Assembly (NCBI RefSeq): GCF_006345805.1
Contig: NC_043002.1
Span: forward strand, 5,518,001 to 5,582,000
Length of the DNA: 64,000 nt
Reading direction: 5' to 3'
Source: Octopus sinensis
Lineage: Eukaryota
This document shows, piece after piece, positions 51,997 to 64,000 of the stretch (position 1 is the first letter of the stretch; each line of letters starts with the position of its first letter). The notes under the pieces are model-generated. The model was not told the DNA's origin, did not search any database, and saw only the letters and a program-made list of their open reading frames with translations. Made by a program: the position numbers and the translations under genes.

Positions 51997-52262
51997 CTAG
52001 CAGAGATACCCGGCGTTGCTCTGAATAAAATGGCATAGTTTGTATATATATATATTACAGTTATGTTGAAACAGGTGATATAGGAAAGTGCAGCATTGAC
52101 GACAAGATATTTGTGGAGTAAAAGATAGTCTAATCCGACCAAGTGACATGTAATACATCCGTTTGGAGGATTGCAGTACCTAACCTGTCATGGAACGTAA
52201 TTTTCAGTGGATATACGCGTCATTGAGGCGGTCAGCGATGCGTCTAACACGACCCATTGTAT
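51997..52262 (-). mobile_element. Short internally deleted derivative of the 24-26 kb Helitron family
   Basis: CTAG plus cccggcgttg end; 52065-52260 aligns by eye with 25305-25530. Confidence 0.75.
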
Positions 52263-53289
52263 AGTTAACAGTCAGGTGAATGGAGGTGTAGTGGAGATAT
52301 TGTACGTAAATGGGTATATTCCGGAAATGAGTCGCAACGGGAGACAGTAACGGGGATGTGAACTGTTGAAATGTTACAGAAGGTGAAGGGTTGACATTGG
52401 ATTACTGGTGTGGCTGCAGAATAAGAAACATGAAGTTGTTGGTGAGAGTAATTGGAGAGCATGCTTTGATACTGAGGTTCATGCAATAGACTGCTTTGTT
52501 GGTGCCGTCTTCGGGTTTGTTGGTATTTTTTTAAGTAAATAGATATGTATATGTATGTGTAACGCGGCAAGACACACATTTTATGAGACATGTACACACT
52601 CATACATTTACACACATACACTCACAGACAGGTACACAGTCATGTACAAAATGTGATGTCGTTGTCGTCGTGGTATAAAATGTCCTGTTGATTATAGAAA
52701 GATTATCTTTATGAAATGTTATAGTGTTTTAATGGAAATGAATATAAAATTTCGTATTGACACTGGCCAGCCCTCACATACATATAGTAAGATAGACACA
52801 CACAGACATACATTCACGCACGTCAGTCGTCACATATGTGTATGTATGTCGTCACATATGTATATGTATGTGACACGTAATACCGAACCAGTGCCAATGA
52901 TGCATTGTTTTAATCCAAATGACTAAAAAAAATACGTTAACACTCAGAAGGTCTGATAGTATTACCATGTAAAATTTGATTTGATTTGGTTGAGCCGTTT
53001 GAGAACGCGTTGGGAACAAACAGAGAGACAAAGGATTTTATACACAGATACATATTTAATGCAGAAATATTGTAACGTCATTATTTTTTAACTGCCTAAT
53101 CTGTGAATGTTTTATATTTTTCTTTATTTTTTTCAACCAATATTTATATATTCTATTTGAATGCTTTGTTCAACGTTTAGGGGCGATATCCATTATCAAT
53201 TGTTTTAATTATTCAGATTCACGAAACCTCGTTTTAAATTCTTTTACTATATTTTTCCTCATTTATTGCTCCTTTTCAAGGAATTCTTT

Positions 53290-54360
53290 ATTATCAGCCA
53301 CTTTGATAATGCCCGCAGTTGATCCAAATTAAGAGAGTCATGATCAGTTAATTCTTTGGAATGAGATTAATGTAAATCACAAACATCCGTATTGTCTATT
53401 TCATTTAAAGCAAACTCTCTTTGAATGTTCGCTATTTCTTCAACAATTTCATGTTAGGAAATGTCAGCGAAATTGTTAAGACAATGAAATAAAATATGTT
53501 TCCATATGACCCCCATCATGCTTGCTGTCACTCTTTCTATCGATTTGGAGATATTCTCAAAGTTATGATTTTTTTTTTTTTAACATTTGTTTCCAAAATT
53601 CTACCAAGGAAGATTGCATTTTCTCCCGTTTTAGCTTTCATTGCTTAAGCAAAGTTTCCTCTTTGAAAAATAAGTCTTTAAATTAATGACTTTTCGTTGA
53701 TTGATATGCTATAAAAGGATATATTTCAAGAACAAAAATACGATTTATTCATTGTTTTACTAAAGGTTGTGAGATGACCAGAAACATTGTCTAAAACTAA
53801 CAAAACTCTTTAAGATCGTTTGTCTACAATACTTTTCTCCAGCCAGGCAAAACTTTTGAAAAACAATCTTTCAGGAAAACTTTGATCATTCATTCTTTTT
53901 TGTTAGAACGCCAAAATGCTGGTAGAGATGTTACTTATAACCGTTAGAGTCTTGGGTTCTGTGGGCGATACACAAACATGGATAATGATTTAAATATCAC
54001 CTTCAGTATTTTCTCCCTTTACAATTAAGCGATCTGTCGAATTGGGTGACACAATTTTCTTCATTCGGCGGAAGATTTTTTAAGGTATTCTTTCCCAGAA
54101 AAGGCCTCTTCCATGAATATATAAGACATAATTCTACGTTTTTTCTTCGTAACATCTGGATATTTCACGCACTGAAATTTACTGGCACTTGCAGCCTCAC
54201 CTATTAAACGAACATAGAGAATTTCTGTTCGAGCTTTGAATCAATAAAACCAACCAGAATTTGCAGTAAATCTTCCTTTGATTCTTGCTAGAATATCATT
54301 GTCTTTCGCTAAGTTTCTTCAATTGCAGAGATTTTAGTAGTCATGGTGCTTAAAGGGATT
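53290..54360 (-). mobile_element. pogo/Tigger transposase pseudogene
   Basis: GRFTANSGWFY*FKAR...IGEAASA, GLFWERIP, FWRSNKK and VLLVLDNVSGH are Tigger HTH/DDE motifs. Many stops and frameshifts. Confidence 0.85.
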
Positions 54361-54599
54361 TCTTTTTTTTTTTTTTTTTTTCTTTTTTTTTTCGGTTGTA
54401 AATTTCATCGAAAATGGCAAACGACTCTTTATTTCAGTTATGATATTGCTTCTATTTATTCTTTGTTTACGAAATTAAAGTTGATATCGATTTGCCCTTT
54501 TCTCCTCATAGTCACCTGACTATGTTCGCCCAGTTGATTAATGTATTCCCAGGCTTCATCTTATTTTTCCTTTATTGTCACAGCATTCAGGCGTCTCAA

Positions 54600-54885
54600 A
54601 CCACCAGTTCCCCAACCTGTACCGGGCTGTAGATCATCTGATACTGGCCGCAAAGAAGAATAAAGTTTTTGATTTTATTTCTATTTCATTGACTACCACA
54701 ATCAGCAGAGTTTTTCTCTTTTGTTTTTTTTTTTTGCGTTATATATACATATTATGCATGTAATAGTTAAATTATATCTTCTGCTCTTTATTGAGTTTTG
54801 TTAAGCTCGTGATACCCCGGTCCGTGGAACTATTGCATTGCATGAAACCGGTCCGTAATGCATAAAATGTGGGCGCTGCTGACCA
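54600..54885. mobile_element. Degenerate hAT (Charlie-like) MITE
   Basis: ccagttccccaacc start and repeated ccggtccgt...gaaaccggtccgt subterminal motif. Confidence 0.45.
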
Positions 54886-55344
54886 CATCAACGCCGTTTT
54901 ATAACTTCCAAATTATCACCATGGGATAGCACTTTCCTTTTCTTTATCAACACCAAAATTTTAACCTTCAGTCTAAACAACGTTAGATGATACATCATAT
55001 TTTGGTGTATATAACCGTAATAACCAGCATCAGAGCTGATACATATAGAGACAATTGCATTAAGACAAGCAAGGAGGAGAATCATAAATTTGATGGCAGC
55101 CAACCGCCATACAACAGTTACTGCCAATGCATTGCTCTGATCTTTGTTAACCTACATCTGCACATTGTTGACATATACTTGGATTTCTGATTGTCTCAAT
55201 TTATGTACCGTGTTAGTTAGAGAACCGTGTTATCCGAAACTACTTAATCGAATCTCACTTTTACACACACACACATAGACACGCACGCATAAGTATATAG
55301 GTGCACATGTGTGTGTAAACGCATTTAATGCCTCTATGTCTATG

Positions 55345-55714
55345 GGATGGAAGTACTCCGTCGGTTACGACGACGAGGGTTCCGGTTGATCCGATCAACG
55401 GAACAGCCTGCTCGTGAAATTAACGTGTAAGTGGCTGAGCACTCCACAGACACGTGTACCCTTAACGTAGTTTTCGGGGATATTCAGCGTGACACAGAGA
55501 GTGACAAGGCCGGCCCTTTGAAATACAGGTACAACAGAAACAGGAAGTAAGAGTGAGAGAAAGTTGTGGTGAAAGAGTACAGCAGGGATCACCACTATCC
55601 CCTGCCGGAGCCTCGTGGAGCTTTAGGTGTTTTCGCTCAATAAACACTCGCAACGCCCGGTCTGGGAATCGAAACCGCGAGTCCGCTGTCCTAACCACTG
55701 GGCCATTGCGCCTC
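55345..55714 (-). mobile_element. SINE family B, tail type 1
   Basis: Near-identical to 27940-28336; TSD ctctatgtctatg. Confidence 0.9.
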
Positions 55715-56362
55715 CTCTATGTCTATGATGGAGCATGCGTACATGCTTATCGTATATTGTAGTGTGTGTACAAACCATTTGTCTTTGCTAAGTGTCGCAA
55801 TACATTTTGAATGACGGGTAGCAACGAGTCATTTATTCCACTGACATATCTTTCTACTTCACTTTGCATCTGTTTGCTTCACTTATCTTATGTACACACC
55901 CGAAAATACACATGCCTAGCTTTTTTGTTTCTTTATTTCGAACATATGCAATGTCACACATATAACGAACACGCTCTCCAACGACAGAAAACACACGTGA
56001 CACATGTATGTCGCCATTGCTGTGTATATGCGTGTGTGTGTACGCGCAGAAACAAACCGTTTTAAGTTTGTGTCGTTATGATGTATAAAAATATACACAT
56101 ACACACACATATGCTTAGATGTACGTATGAACATATATATATATATATGCATGTATATATGTATGTGTGTTTGCATGTACGTATTTAACCTCACTATCTT
56201 TGCTTCAAGCCATTATTAAATATGCAAGCATACTTATAAACATAGTGGCAGCGATATATATATACACGCAAATATACACATACAAACATTTATATATATA
56301 TATAATAATAATAATAATAATATAATATTATATATATATATACACGCAAATATACACATAAA

Positions 56363-56413
<51 letters not shown>

Positions 56414-57065
56414 TATATATTAATATATAATATTTTAAATATATATATATATATTCGTACACACATACCCACACACACAACACACACACGCACCCATACA
56501 AATACGTACATTGCTACACACAGAGAGCGAATGGCTCAGAAAGGAAGCTAGGGAGGGAGAGAAATAGAGAAAGAGAGAGAGAGAGAGAGAGAGACAAACA
56601 GACAGAGAGAGGAGACAGAGACAGAGTGATTACTCTTCGTTTCAAAACTGTTGCGATCTGATAATTTGATTTTCGCATTATCGTTTAGCTCGCGGGCAAA
56701 TGAGGATAAATAAATTCACATCCGTACATACATGTACAAGTGTATGTTTTGTGTGTGTGTGTCTGTGTTTTGTGTGTGCGCGTGTGTGCGCATGCGTGCA
56801 TGTGCATGCTATATATCAGAGACATGACTATGTCCCAGTTAAACTTTGTTGTTAACGGTTTTTCACATTTCCTTATAAATTCTCAATGTTTGGTTTCAAA
56901 GAATAGTTTTCCGAAATCCATTAATTCATTTGGGTTTCAGGACCTTCCAGGTCTCATTATCAGAATGGAGTGACGATAATCATGGCATTTCATTCGTGCC
57001 GTACCTCACAGAGGATCACAGTAATACTGATAAAATTCTATAAAATTTACTAATAGTAGTAAAGG

Positions 57066-57228
57066 AGTGGCTGTGTGGTAAGTAGCTTGCTAACCAACCA
57101 CATGGTTCCGGGTTCAGTCCCACTGCGTGGCATCTTGGGCTAGTGTCTTCTGCTATAGCCCCGGGCCGACCAATGCCTTGTGAATGGATTTGGTTGACGG
57201 AAACTGAAAGAAGCCTGTCGTATATATG

Positions 57229-57259
<31 letters not shown>

Positions 57260-57480
57260 TTGTGTGTCTGCGTTTGTCCCCCTAGCATTGCTTGACAACC
57301 GATGGTGGTGTTTACGTCCCCGTAACTTAGCGGTTCGGCAAAAGAGACCGATAGAATAAGTACTGGGCTTACAAAAGAATAAGTCCCGGGGTCGAGTTGC
57401 TTGATTAAAAGGCGGTGCTCCAGCATGGCCGCAGTCAAATAACTGAAACAAGTAAAAGAGTAAAAGAGTAAAAGAGAGAG
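57066..57480 (+). mobile_element. tRNA-derived SINE family C with internal (TA)/(GT) microsatellite
   Basis: tggctgtgtggtaag...ggttcagtcccactgcgtggc head, internal SSR, (gtaaaaga)n tail. Related copies at about 33309-33600(+), 40635-40975(-), 50756-51140(-), 51145-51530(-) and 59277-59395(-). Confidence 0.85.
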
Positions 57481-57835
57481 TAAAAATGGAAACCAATTAT
57501 CAGGCGTCAAGTAAATCATGAATCCACTTAGGTCTGACCGCTATATAGTGTTTAAATCTGGCCTTTTGATACCGTATATATCATAACGGTGTTCTTATGA
57601 TCCTTCGAAGAGTTCGAAACAGTGTACTAAGAACACGTTATTAATAACACCGCTTCATTCTGAGAATGAGATCGAGAATGGTTTGAAGCGTTAAAGGAAG
57701 AATAAATTTGGAAACACAACTGTTGAAAATTAACAAGATACTAAAAAGGAAATATGAAAAAAAACACACATTTAATTCCAATGTTGTCATACTTTCAGTA
57801 TAAAGTTTGAAAGAAAAGTGGTTCCCTACTCATAA

Positions 57836-57866
<31 letters not shown>

Positions 57867-57942
57867 TGTATGTATGTATGTATGTGTGTGTGTGAGTATA
57901 TATATGTATGTATCTATCTATCTATATCTATATATATATATA

Positions 57943-58030
<88 letters not shown>

Positions 58031-58061
58031 ATATTATATAATGATTATGATGAATTCCAAT

Positions 58062-59280
58062 ATTCTAAATCCGGGTTTGTCCCCGCTAACGGGTGTGACC
58101 AGATCTACCTCACTCTTACAGCAACCGCTCTCGCATCATCTCGCCATCTCGCCCAGTTTGGGACGTCCTCCCTCCTCAAGCCAACCCTCCTAATCTCCTC
58201 CACTCCCTGTCCCCTCCAAGTTTTCTTCAATGGACCTCGCTTCCGCGGTTCATTCACTTTAAATTCAAGCACTTTCCTCAAAACCTTAGCCTCGTCCCTC
58301 CTCAACACATGCCCATCCCACCGCACTCCATTTTCCCTTCCCAGCTGTTCCACCGATTCCTCCAACCCCATCAAGTCCTCAGCCCACATTTTATCCAATA
58401 GTTTCACACCACACATTGCTCTCACCATTGCTCTCTCATCTTTCTCAAAATTACTATTTCGCTTTCCATCGGATACCATGTCTCACTCCCATACAGCATT
58501 GCAGTTCTCACACAACTCCGATAAACCCTTCCTTTCATCTTCAAGAACTTTTCCCCATATAATAATGCTCCACATCCCCTGAACTTCACCCAGCCAAGTC
58601 TTGCTCTTGCTGTCACAGCTTCTTCACATCCACCACTTACATCCACCCTAATTCCCAAATAACAAAACCTTCTCATCGTTTCCATCTCATCACATAGCGT
58701 TTCCACTGGTTCCGCCAGTCCTCCAGTTCCTTTCTCACATCTACAAATAAAACCTCTTGCCAGTCTTGGGGTCATCTTCTTCATTTTCGTACATCTACCA
58801 TGAATCCATTTCCCACATTTCGTATACAACACAGCATTTACCATTACCCTCCTCTCACAGACACCACATGGACCTACCTTACTCACTAACACTTCTCCTT
58901 CCACCCCGCTCACCATCACCTTTGCCTTCTCGAGGTTTACCTTCAAACTCTTGCTTTCAAACGCCTCCTTCCATTTCCGAAGCTTCTCCCTCAATCCTTC
59001 CATCGTCTCACTCATCTGAACAAGTCATCCGCATACAGTATTTCCATTATCAATTCCTCCCTTGCACTCTCCGCCACCACATCAAACACTATTGCAAACA
59101 ACCACGGTGACAACAGAGAGCCCTGATGCACGCCAACTTTCGCCGCAAACTCCTCCAACAGCTCTGATCCAACTCTAACTCTTGTCTTTACCCCTTCGTA
59201 CAAACTCATCACTGCCCTCACCATTACCCCTAGTGCACCTCGCTTCCTCAGTACCCACTCGATCACCTTCCTTGGAACCT
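58062..59280 (-). mobile_element. 5'-truncated RTE-clade LINE (RT domains 4-7 and C-terminus), frameshifted
   Basis: GVHQGSLLSPWLFAIV, YADDL, FCYLG, AMLYGSETW, RWDGHVLRR. Confidence 0.92.
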
Positions 59281-59865
59281 GTAACTTATTCTATCAGTCT
59301 CTTTGCCGTACCGCTAAGCTACGGGAACGTAAACTCACCAACAACGATCGTCAAACGGTAGTGAGGAACAATCACAAGCATAAAGACTTTCACACATACA
59401 CACACACACACACACACATACACACACACAAACACACGCACACACATATATATTTCTATAATATTTAAAGAAAAACAAGCAACTTAGATTGGCCAGAGTC
59501 GTCAATATGGATTATGGATGATGAAAGAGAGGAATAGTATTATATCAAATATCATAAATAATAAATGTTTAAATGATGAAAATTATCATTGCTTTGAGAG
59601 AACAGTGAGCAATAACCTTGAGGCAATGACGACCAATTCCAAATGACAAGACGACATAATCTCAAGAACCAAAAATTCGCCGAAATTGATATGGCATTGA
59701 GGAAAAGATAGATTGAGTAGAGAAAAGAGGACAGCTGTAAAAAGCTATCATTAACACAGCAGTTGTCCCACTTTCACTCCAGCAGTTGAGAGACTTAGGC
59801 AGATACAGAAGAAGGGTAGAAAACATATAGCAAAACTGAAAGAAGAGAAATAAATTAGAGGTGGA

Positions 59866-60016
59866 TGTGTATGTATGTATGTATGTATGTATGTATGTAT
59901 GTATGTATGTATGTATGTATGTATGTATGTATGTTTGTATGTATGTATGTATGTATGTTTGTATGTATGTATGTATGATGTATGTATGTATGTATGTATG
60001 TATGTATGTTTGTATG

Positions 60017-60046
<30 letters not shown>
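59866..60046. repeat. (ATGT)n tetranucleotide microsatellite
   Basis: Direct observation. Confidence 0.97.
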
Positions 60047-60047
<1 letters not shown>

Positions 60048-60970
60048 GATGTAAGAATTATTGAAAGGAGTTGGAAATAAACGGAAATAAACACCGTCAT
60101 TTTTAACGGGTACTACACGAGTTAATGAATAAGAAATAGACATTTACATAATGGTATTATTTACATGTAATTTCAAGTGAGATTATTTTTCCATGAAGGC
60201 TTTTTTGCAAGCAGACTATGGAAAATAGTTATGAGAAAAATTATTTTTGTTTGTTTTCTGGGTGGTTTTTTTTCCTACAAATTCTAACCTTTCCCTATAA
60301 AATAAATAGTGATAAAATACGTTTTCCTTGTATATTGTTTTAATTTTAAATAAATATTTTTGGTCTTAACTTTTTTTTTTTACTTAGAAATATAAATGTT
60401 CTTTATAGATTTGTTTTCATTAAAAAACACTAAGAAAATATATAAATATTTAAATAGTAATGAAAGATTGATTCAAAAATATTTCTCAGACTTAATTTTC
60501 TGGAAGACATTTGAAACTTCAGGAATTTCATTGCTAAATTAAACTTGGTTTAAAATTTTTAATATATTTATTAAGAATCTGGTGATTCCTTTAACTGTAA
60601 ATATTCCCAACCAGCTCTTTAGGGTGGTACTCAAAACTGGTTGCATGGCTTTCATTGGATGACATAAACCTCCCCACCTAAATAGGACGCCTGTTTCTTG
60701 TATGCTGCTGTTGGCGATTAACTGCAGATCAGCCCAGTTTATGATCACAGGCATTCCAGCCTTTTTGTATTTTTTCAGCATTGCTCAGCGTGCACTTGTT
60801 ACTCTTTTTGTTTTTTATGATGCTTGGTGTGATTTTTAAAAATCCAACTGCTGGTTTTTAGCTGGTCAAGTTACGATGCAATGTAGAGAAAGGGGAACCC
60901 TTTCAGAACTGTCCCGTTGCTAGTATTTATTTGTTGGTTGCTCGTTCAATGTGTTATAATTCAATGTCAA

Positions 60971-61356
60971 TATCAGTCCGAATATACTTGATGCACGTTC
61001 GAACTGGGTAACAAGCTACTCTCTGTGTTTTGTTACAGAGAATATATCTCACTTGTTGACAAATGGTGTGTGTATACCTAGATCAGCTCGCAGCGCCATC
61101 TACAATGAGATGTTAACATTTCGGAGTAGTTATCTCCTCATTGGTCACAGAAACTAAGCAGGTGGTAACTGCGAAATGTTAAGCAGACAACTACTCCGAT
61201 ATGTTAACACCTCACAGTCTAGGTAGATGGCGCTGCGAGCTGTTTTAGGTGTATCCACACCATTTGTCAACTCGCGAGATATATTCTCCGTGACAAAATC
61301 GCATTGAGTAGTTTGTTCCCCAGTTTGAACTTGCATCAAGCATATTCGAACTGATA
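60971..61356. mobile_element. Old foldback/MITE with about 160-bp imperfect inverted repeats
   Basis: 60971-61131 mirrors 61189-61356 (for example cagctcgcagcgccatctac / gtagatggcgctgcgagctg). Confidence 0.8.
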
Positions 61357-61519
61357 ACATTGGATTTTTATTTATCACTGCTTAGCGCTCCCTCTCCGTA
61401 ATGTGTTACAAGTACTGCATTGAGATTATGTTCGGATAAATTAACTACAAAGTAAACTTCTTAATCATACACTCCAGTGATGTTTGCATATAATATATGC
61501 TAGATCAAGTAACTGTCAC

Positions 61520-61808
61520 CGTGACCAACCAGTCTATCAGATGTTACTACACATCGCTGGTCACAATGTACTTCGCATTGTTTTTTTAGCCTTCAAATGA
61601 CGCCACCCCGTTGGCTAGGCGAGCAGGCCAACAGAAGAAAGAATGAGAGAAAGTTGTGGCGAAAGAGTACAGCAGGGATCGCTACCACCCCCTGCCGGAG
61701 CTTTAGGTGTTTTCGCTCAATAAACACTCACAACGCCCGGTCTGGGAATCGAAACTACGATCCTACGACCGCGAGTCCGCTGCCCTAACCATTGGGCCAT
61801 TGCATCTC
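61520..61808 (-). mobile_element. SINE family B, tail type 4
   Basis: Shared head and core. TSD tcaagtaactgtc (near 61506 and 61812) brackets a distinct tail. Confidence 0.8.
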
Positions 61809-62894
61809 TACTCAAGTAACTGTCGCCTTCGTAAAGCCTTCAATAGGAGCAGCCAACAGTAAATAAACCAGATAATTATATGATTCAAGACTTCAAATTA
61901 TATCTCTCAGTTTATTCTTTTCCTATTTATACGGCATACTTATATTAGGCTCAATCTATTACTTACCAAGAGAACGAGCTGGAAGATCGATGTTTGGTTT
62001 TGCCACCAGTATTGTCTAGCAGGTTCTAAATAGTGACAGAGAGGTAATATCTTTTTTTTCTTCTGTACGTACCGATTATTGCACTGCAAAATATAGCAAC
62101 GACTCCTTTTGCTTTGCTGAATTTCCTTATTTACAAAGGAGAAGTTACTTGTGACAGGCTTATGTTGTTTGCATGAGTAGAGTTGCCCTTCATCAGCATT
62201 GTACAACAGAAACTACCAGAGGTAAGCACTGATACTGTCAGTCCAACAGTTGTGACATCTCTTATTGTAATCCACTCTCATTTTAATTCTCTCGCTCTCA
62301 CATTCTGATTGTCTGCTGTTCTGATTAGACGTGGTATAAAAACCTCCTCTTTCCACTCACTTTCATTTTATGTCTTCTACAGCCACTCAGAGCCTCTCTA
62401 GTTATTCTTTGATAGTCACCTACTTCCTTACTGTGACCTCAAATATCATCTCTATTATGTGAATAACGTATCTCTTTACTTTGGCAACAGATAAATGCAC
62501 ATAATTAAGTATGTATAGATTATATATGTGGGTTGGTTTGTTTGTGCGTGTTTGAGCGTGTGCGTAAGCATATGTGTATCATTCAGGGATTCCCACATCA
62601 TCTCTATTTGTCCTTTGAGAACCGCCTAATTCTTGATATTTTTCTGCACCGTGCAATCAGATTCTTCTCCGTCAATCTTTCCGTTGGAAATGTGGACCAG
62701 TAATTGGCTAACCGCAACCAACGACGTTATTGTTGAACAATTGCAGACAGAACCAACGAAACTGTCCCCGAAACTGTCCCTGCACATGGAAATAATGAGT
62801 GTTTGTCTCTTCTTTTAGGATAAACTGAACAATTCTAAAACGATCTGGTTGTTTTTATTGCTGTTGTTGTTTGTTTGTTTATTGAGCGAAGCTC

Positions 62895-63188
62895 TCTTCG
62901 TCCCAGAGCGGGAGAAGTCCGAAACGTGGTCCTTTGCTATTCGTAAGACCCACAGAAGAGAAAGCAGGTAAACCCCCGACACCGAGAGCATCGACGGATG
63001 GGTGAAATAGTGAGAGAAAGTTGGAGCGAAACAGTACAACAGGGGTCGCCACCAACCCCTGCCGGAGCCTCGTGGAGCTTTAGGTGTTTTCGCTCAATAA
63101 ACACACACAACGCCCGATCTGGGAATCGAAACTGCGATCCTCCGACCGCGAGTCCGCTGCCCTAACCATTGGGCCATTGCGCCTCCAC
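62895..63188 (-). mobile_element. SINE family B, tail type 2 (internally shorter)
   Basis: Matches 22900-23323. Confidence 0.85.
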
Positions 63189-63844
63189 TTGCTGTTGTAG
63201 CTGTTTAGCTTCAGGTCAGCATTAATCCAACAAACCTATAAACAAAAGGCTTAACATCTGAGATTATCTTGATCACATTATCCAATCTTGTGTTCTTCTG
63301 TAAAACAGTTGTTATTTTTAGTAAGTCGAGCAACTGTGTAGAGGTTCTTTCTGATGCAAGTTGAACTGAGGTGATGTAGATTTCTGAAAATGGTACGAGG
63401 AAGAGAGGCAAAAAGCGGGATATCCTCAAATCAGGGATCTGGCCCAAGTACTTGCAAAAGATTGAATTTCATGGTGTTAAATGAGGTGACAGATTTAGTC
63501 CTAATCCCTGATACGATAAAAATAATCATTTGTTTAACCTTTTGCTATCAGAATATGTGTCAATGGGTAGCATTGTGTAACAAATTTTTACCTTCTTTTT
63601 TTAGTGTTATTTCCTATTTGCTTCTTTCTATAAATCAAAGAAAATTACTATTATTCCCTTCAAACTTTACTTTTGTGACTTGACCTGTTTTCCATTACAT
63701 TTCGGACAGATTCGGCGCTGAGATGCTGAAGCAGAAATATCGTTATAGCAAGTATTTTACTCAATATCACAGATTTGCTTATCATTTGCTTGACCTTAAC
63801 CACTTGAGTATATCCCTTAGTGGTTGACAATATGTGCATCTATT

Positions 63845-64000
63845 ACCTATTTCTTTACTACCCACAATGGGCTAAACACAGAGGGGACAAACAAGGACAG
63901 ACACACGGATTAAGTCGATTACATCGACCCTAGTGCGTGACTGGTACTTATTTAATCGACCCCGAAAGGATGAAAGGCAAAGTTGACCTCGGCGGAATTT
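63845..64000 (-). mobile_element. SINE family A copy, cut by the window end
   Basis: Similarity to the other copies. Confidence 0.85.

Noticed and set aside
57589-57636. 9-bp stem enclosing UGAUC...GAAA-CAGUGU-A
   Set aside because: The core lacks C3 and G8A9 and stem II is not in register. It may be a decayed hammerhead but is not supportable.
62026-62072. Possible 47-nt intron (gtacgt...tttag) linking 62073+ to the 59-nt candidate exon
   Set aside because: Very short, and the in-frame join gives an immediate stop (CGA ACC TGC TAG).

Overview
AT-rich, microsatellite-dense animal genomic DNA, most likely a cephalopod (Octopus-like). This taxon call rests on my recognition of the abundant tRNA-derived SINE families, not on a database search. 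The only well-supported host gene is a minus-strand C-type lectin domain split over three phase-compatible exons (17954-17794, 4347-4208, 2337-2213), with an EPN sugar-binding motif. It is open at both ends (phase 1/phase 1), so it is probably one module of a larger lectin or mannose-receptor-like protein. The rest is introns or intergenic DNA packed with SINEs (three families, several as tandem multimers), LINE fragments (R4, CR1, RTE, possibly L1/Tx1), decayed DNA transposons (MULE, mariner, Tigger/pogo, Helitron, hAT- and piggyBac-type MITEs), foldback elements and simple repeats. Most ORFs in the supplied track are microsatellite artefacts. The most unusual observation is a cluster of eight minimal type I hammerhead-ribozyme-like folds between 43.0 and 51.7 kb, in Penelope-like or foldback repeats. 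Seven are on the minus strand. One has a canonical core, three carry compensatory changes of the C3-G8 pair (U3-A8 twice, G3-C8 once), and four carry U4C- or A6U-type variants. All ribozyme and splicing calls are hand-made predictions and are untested.
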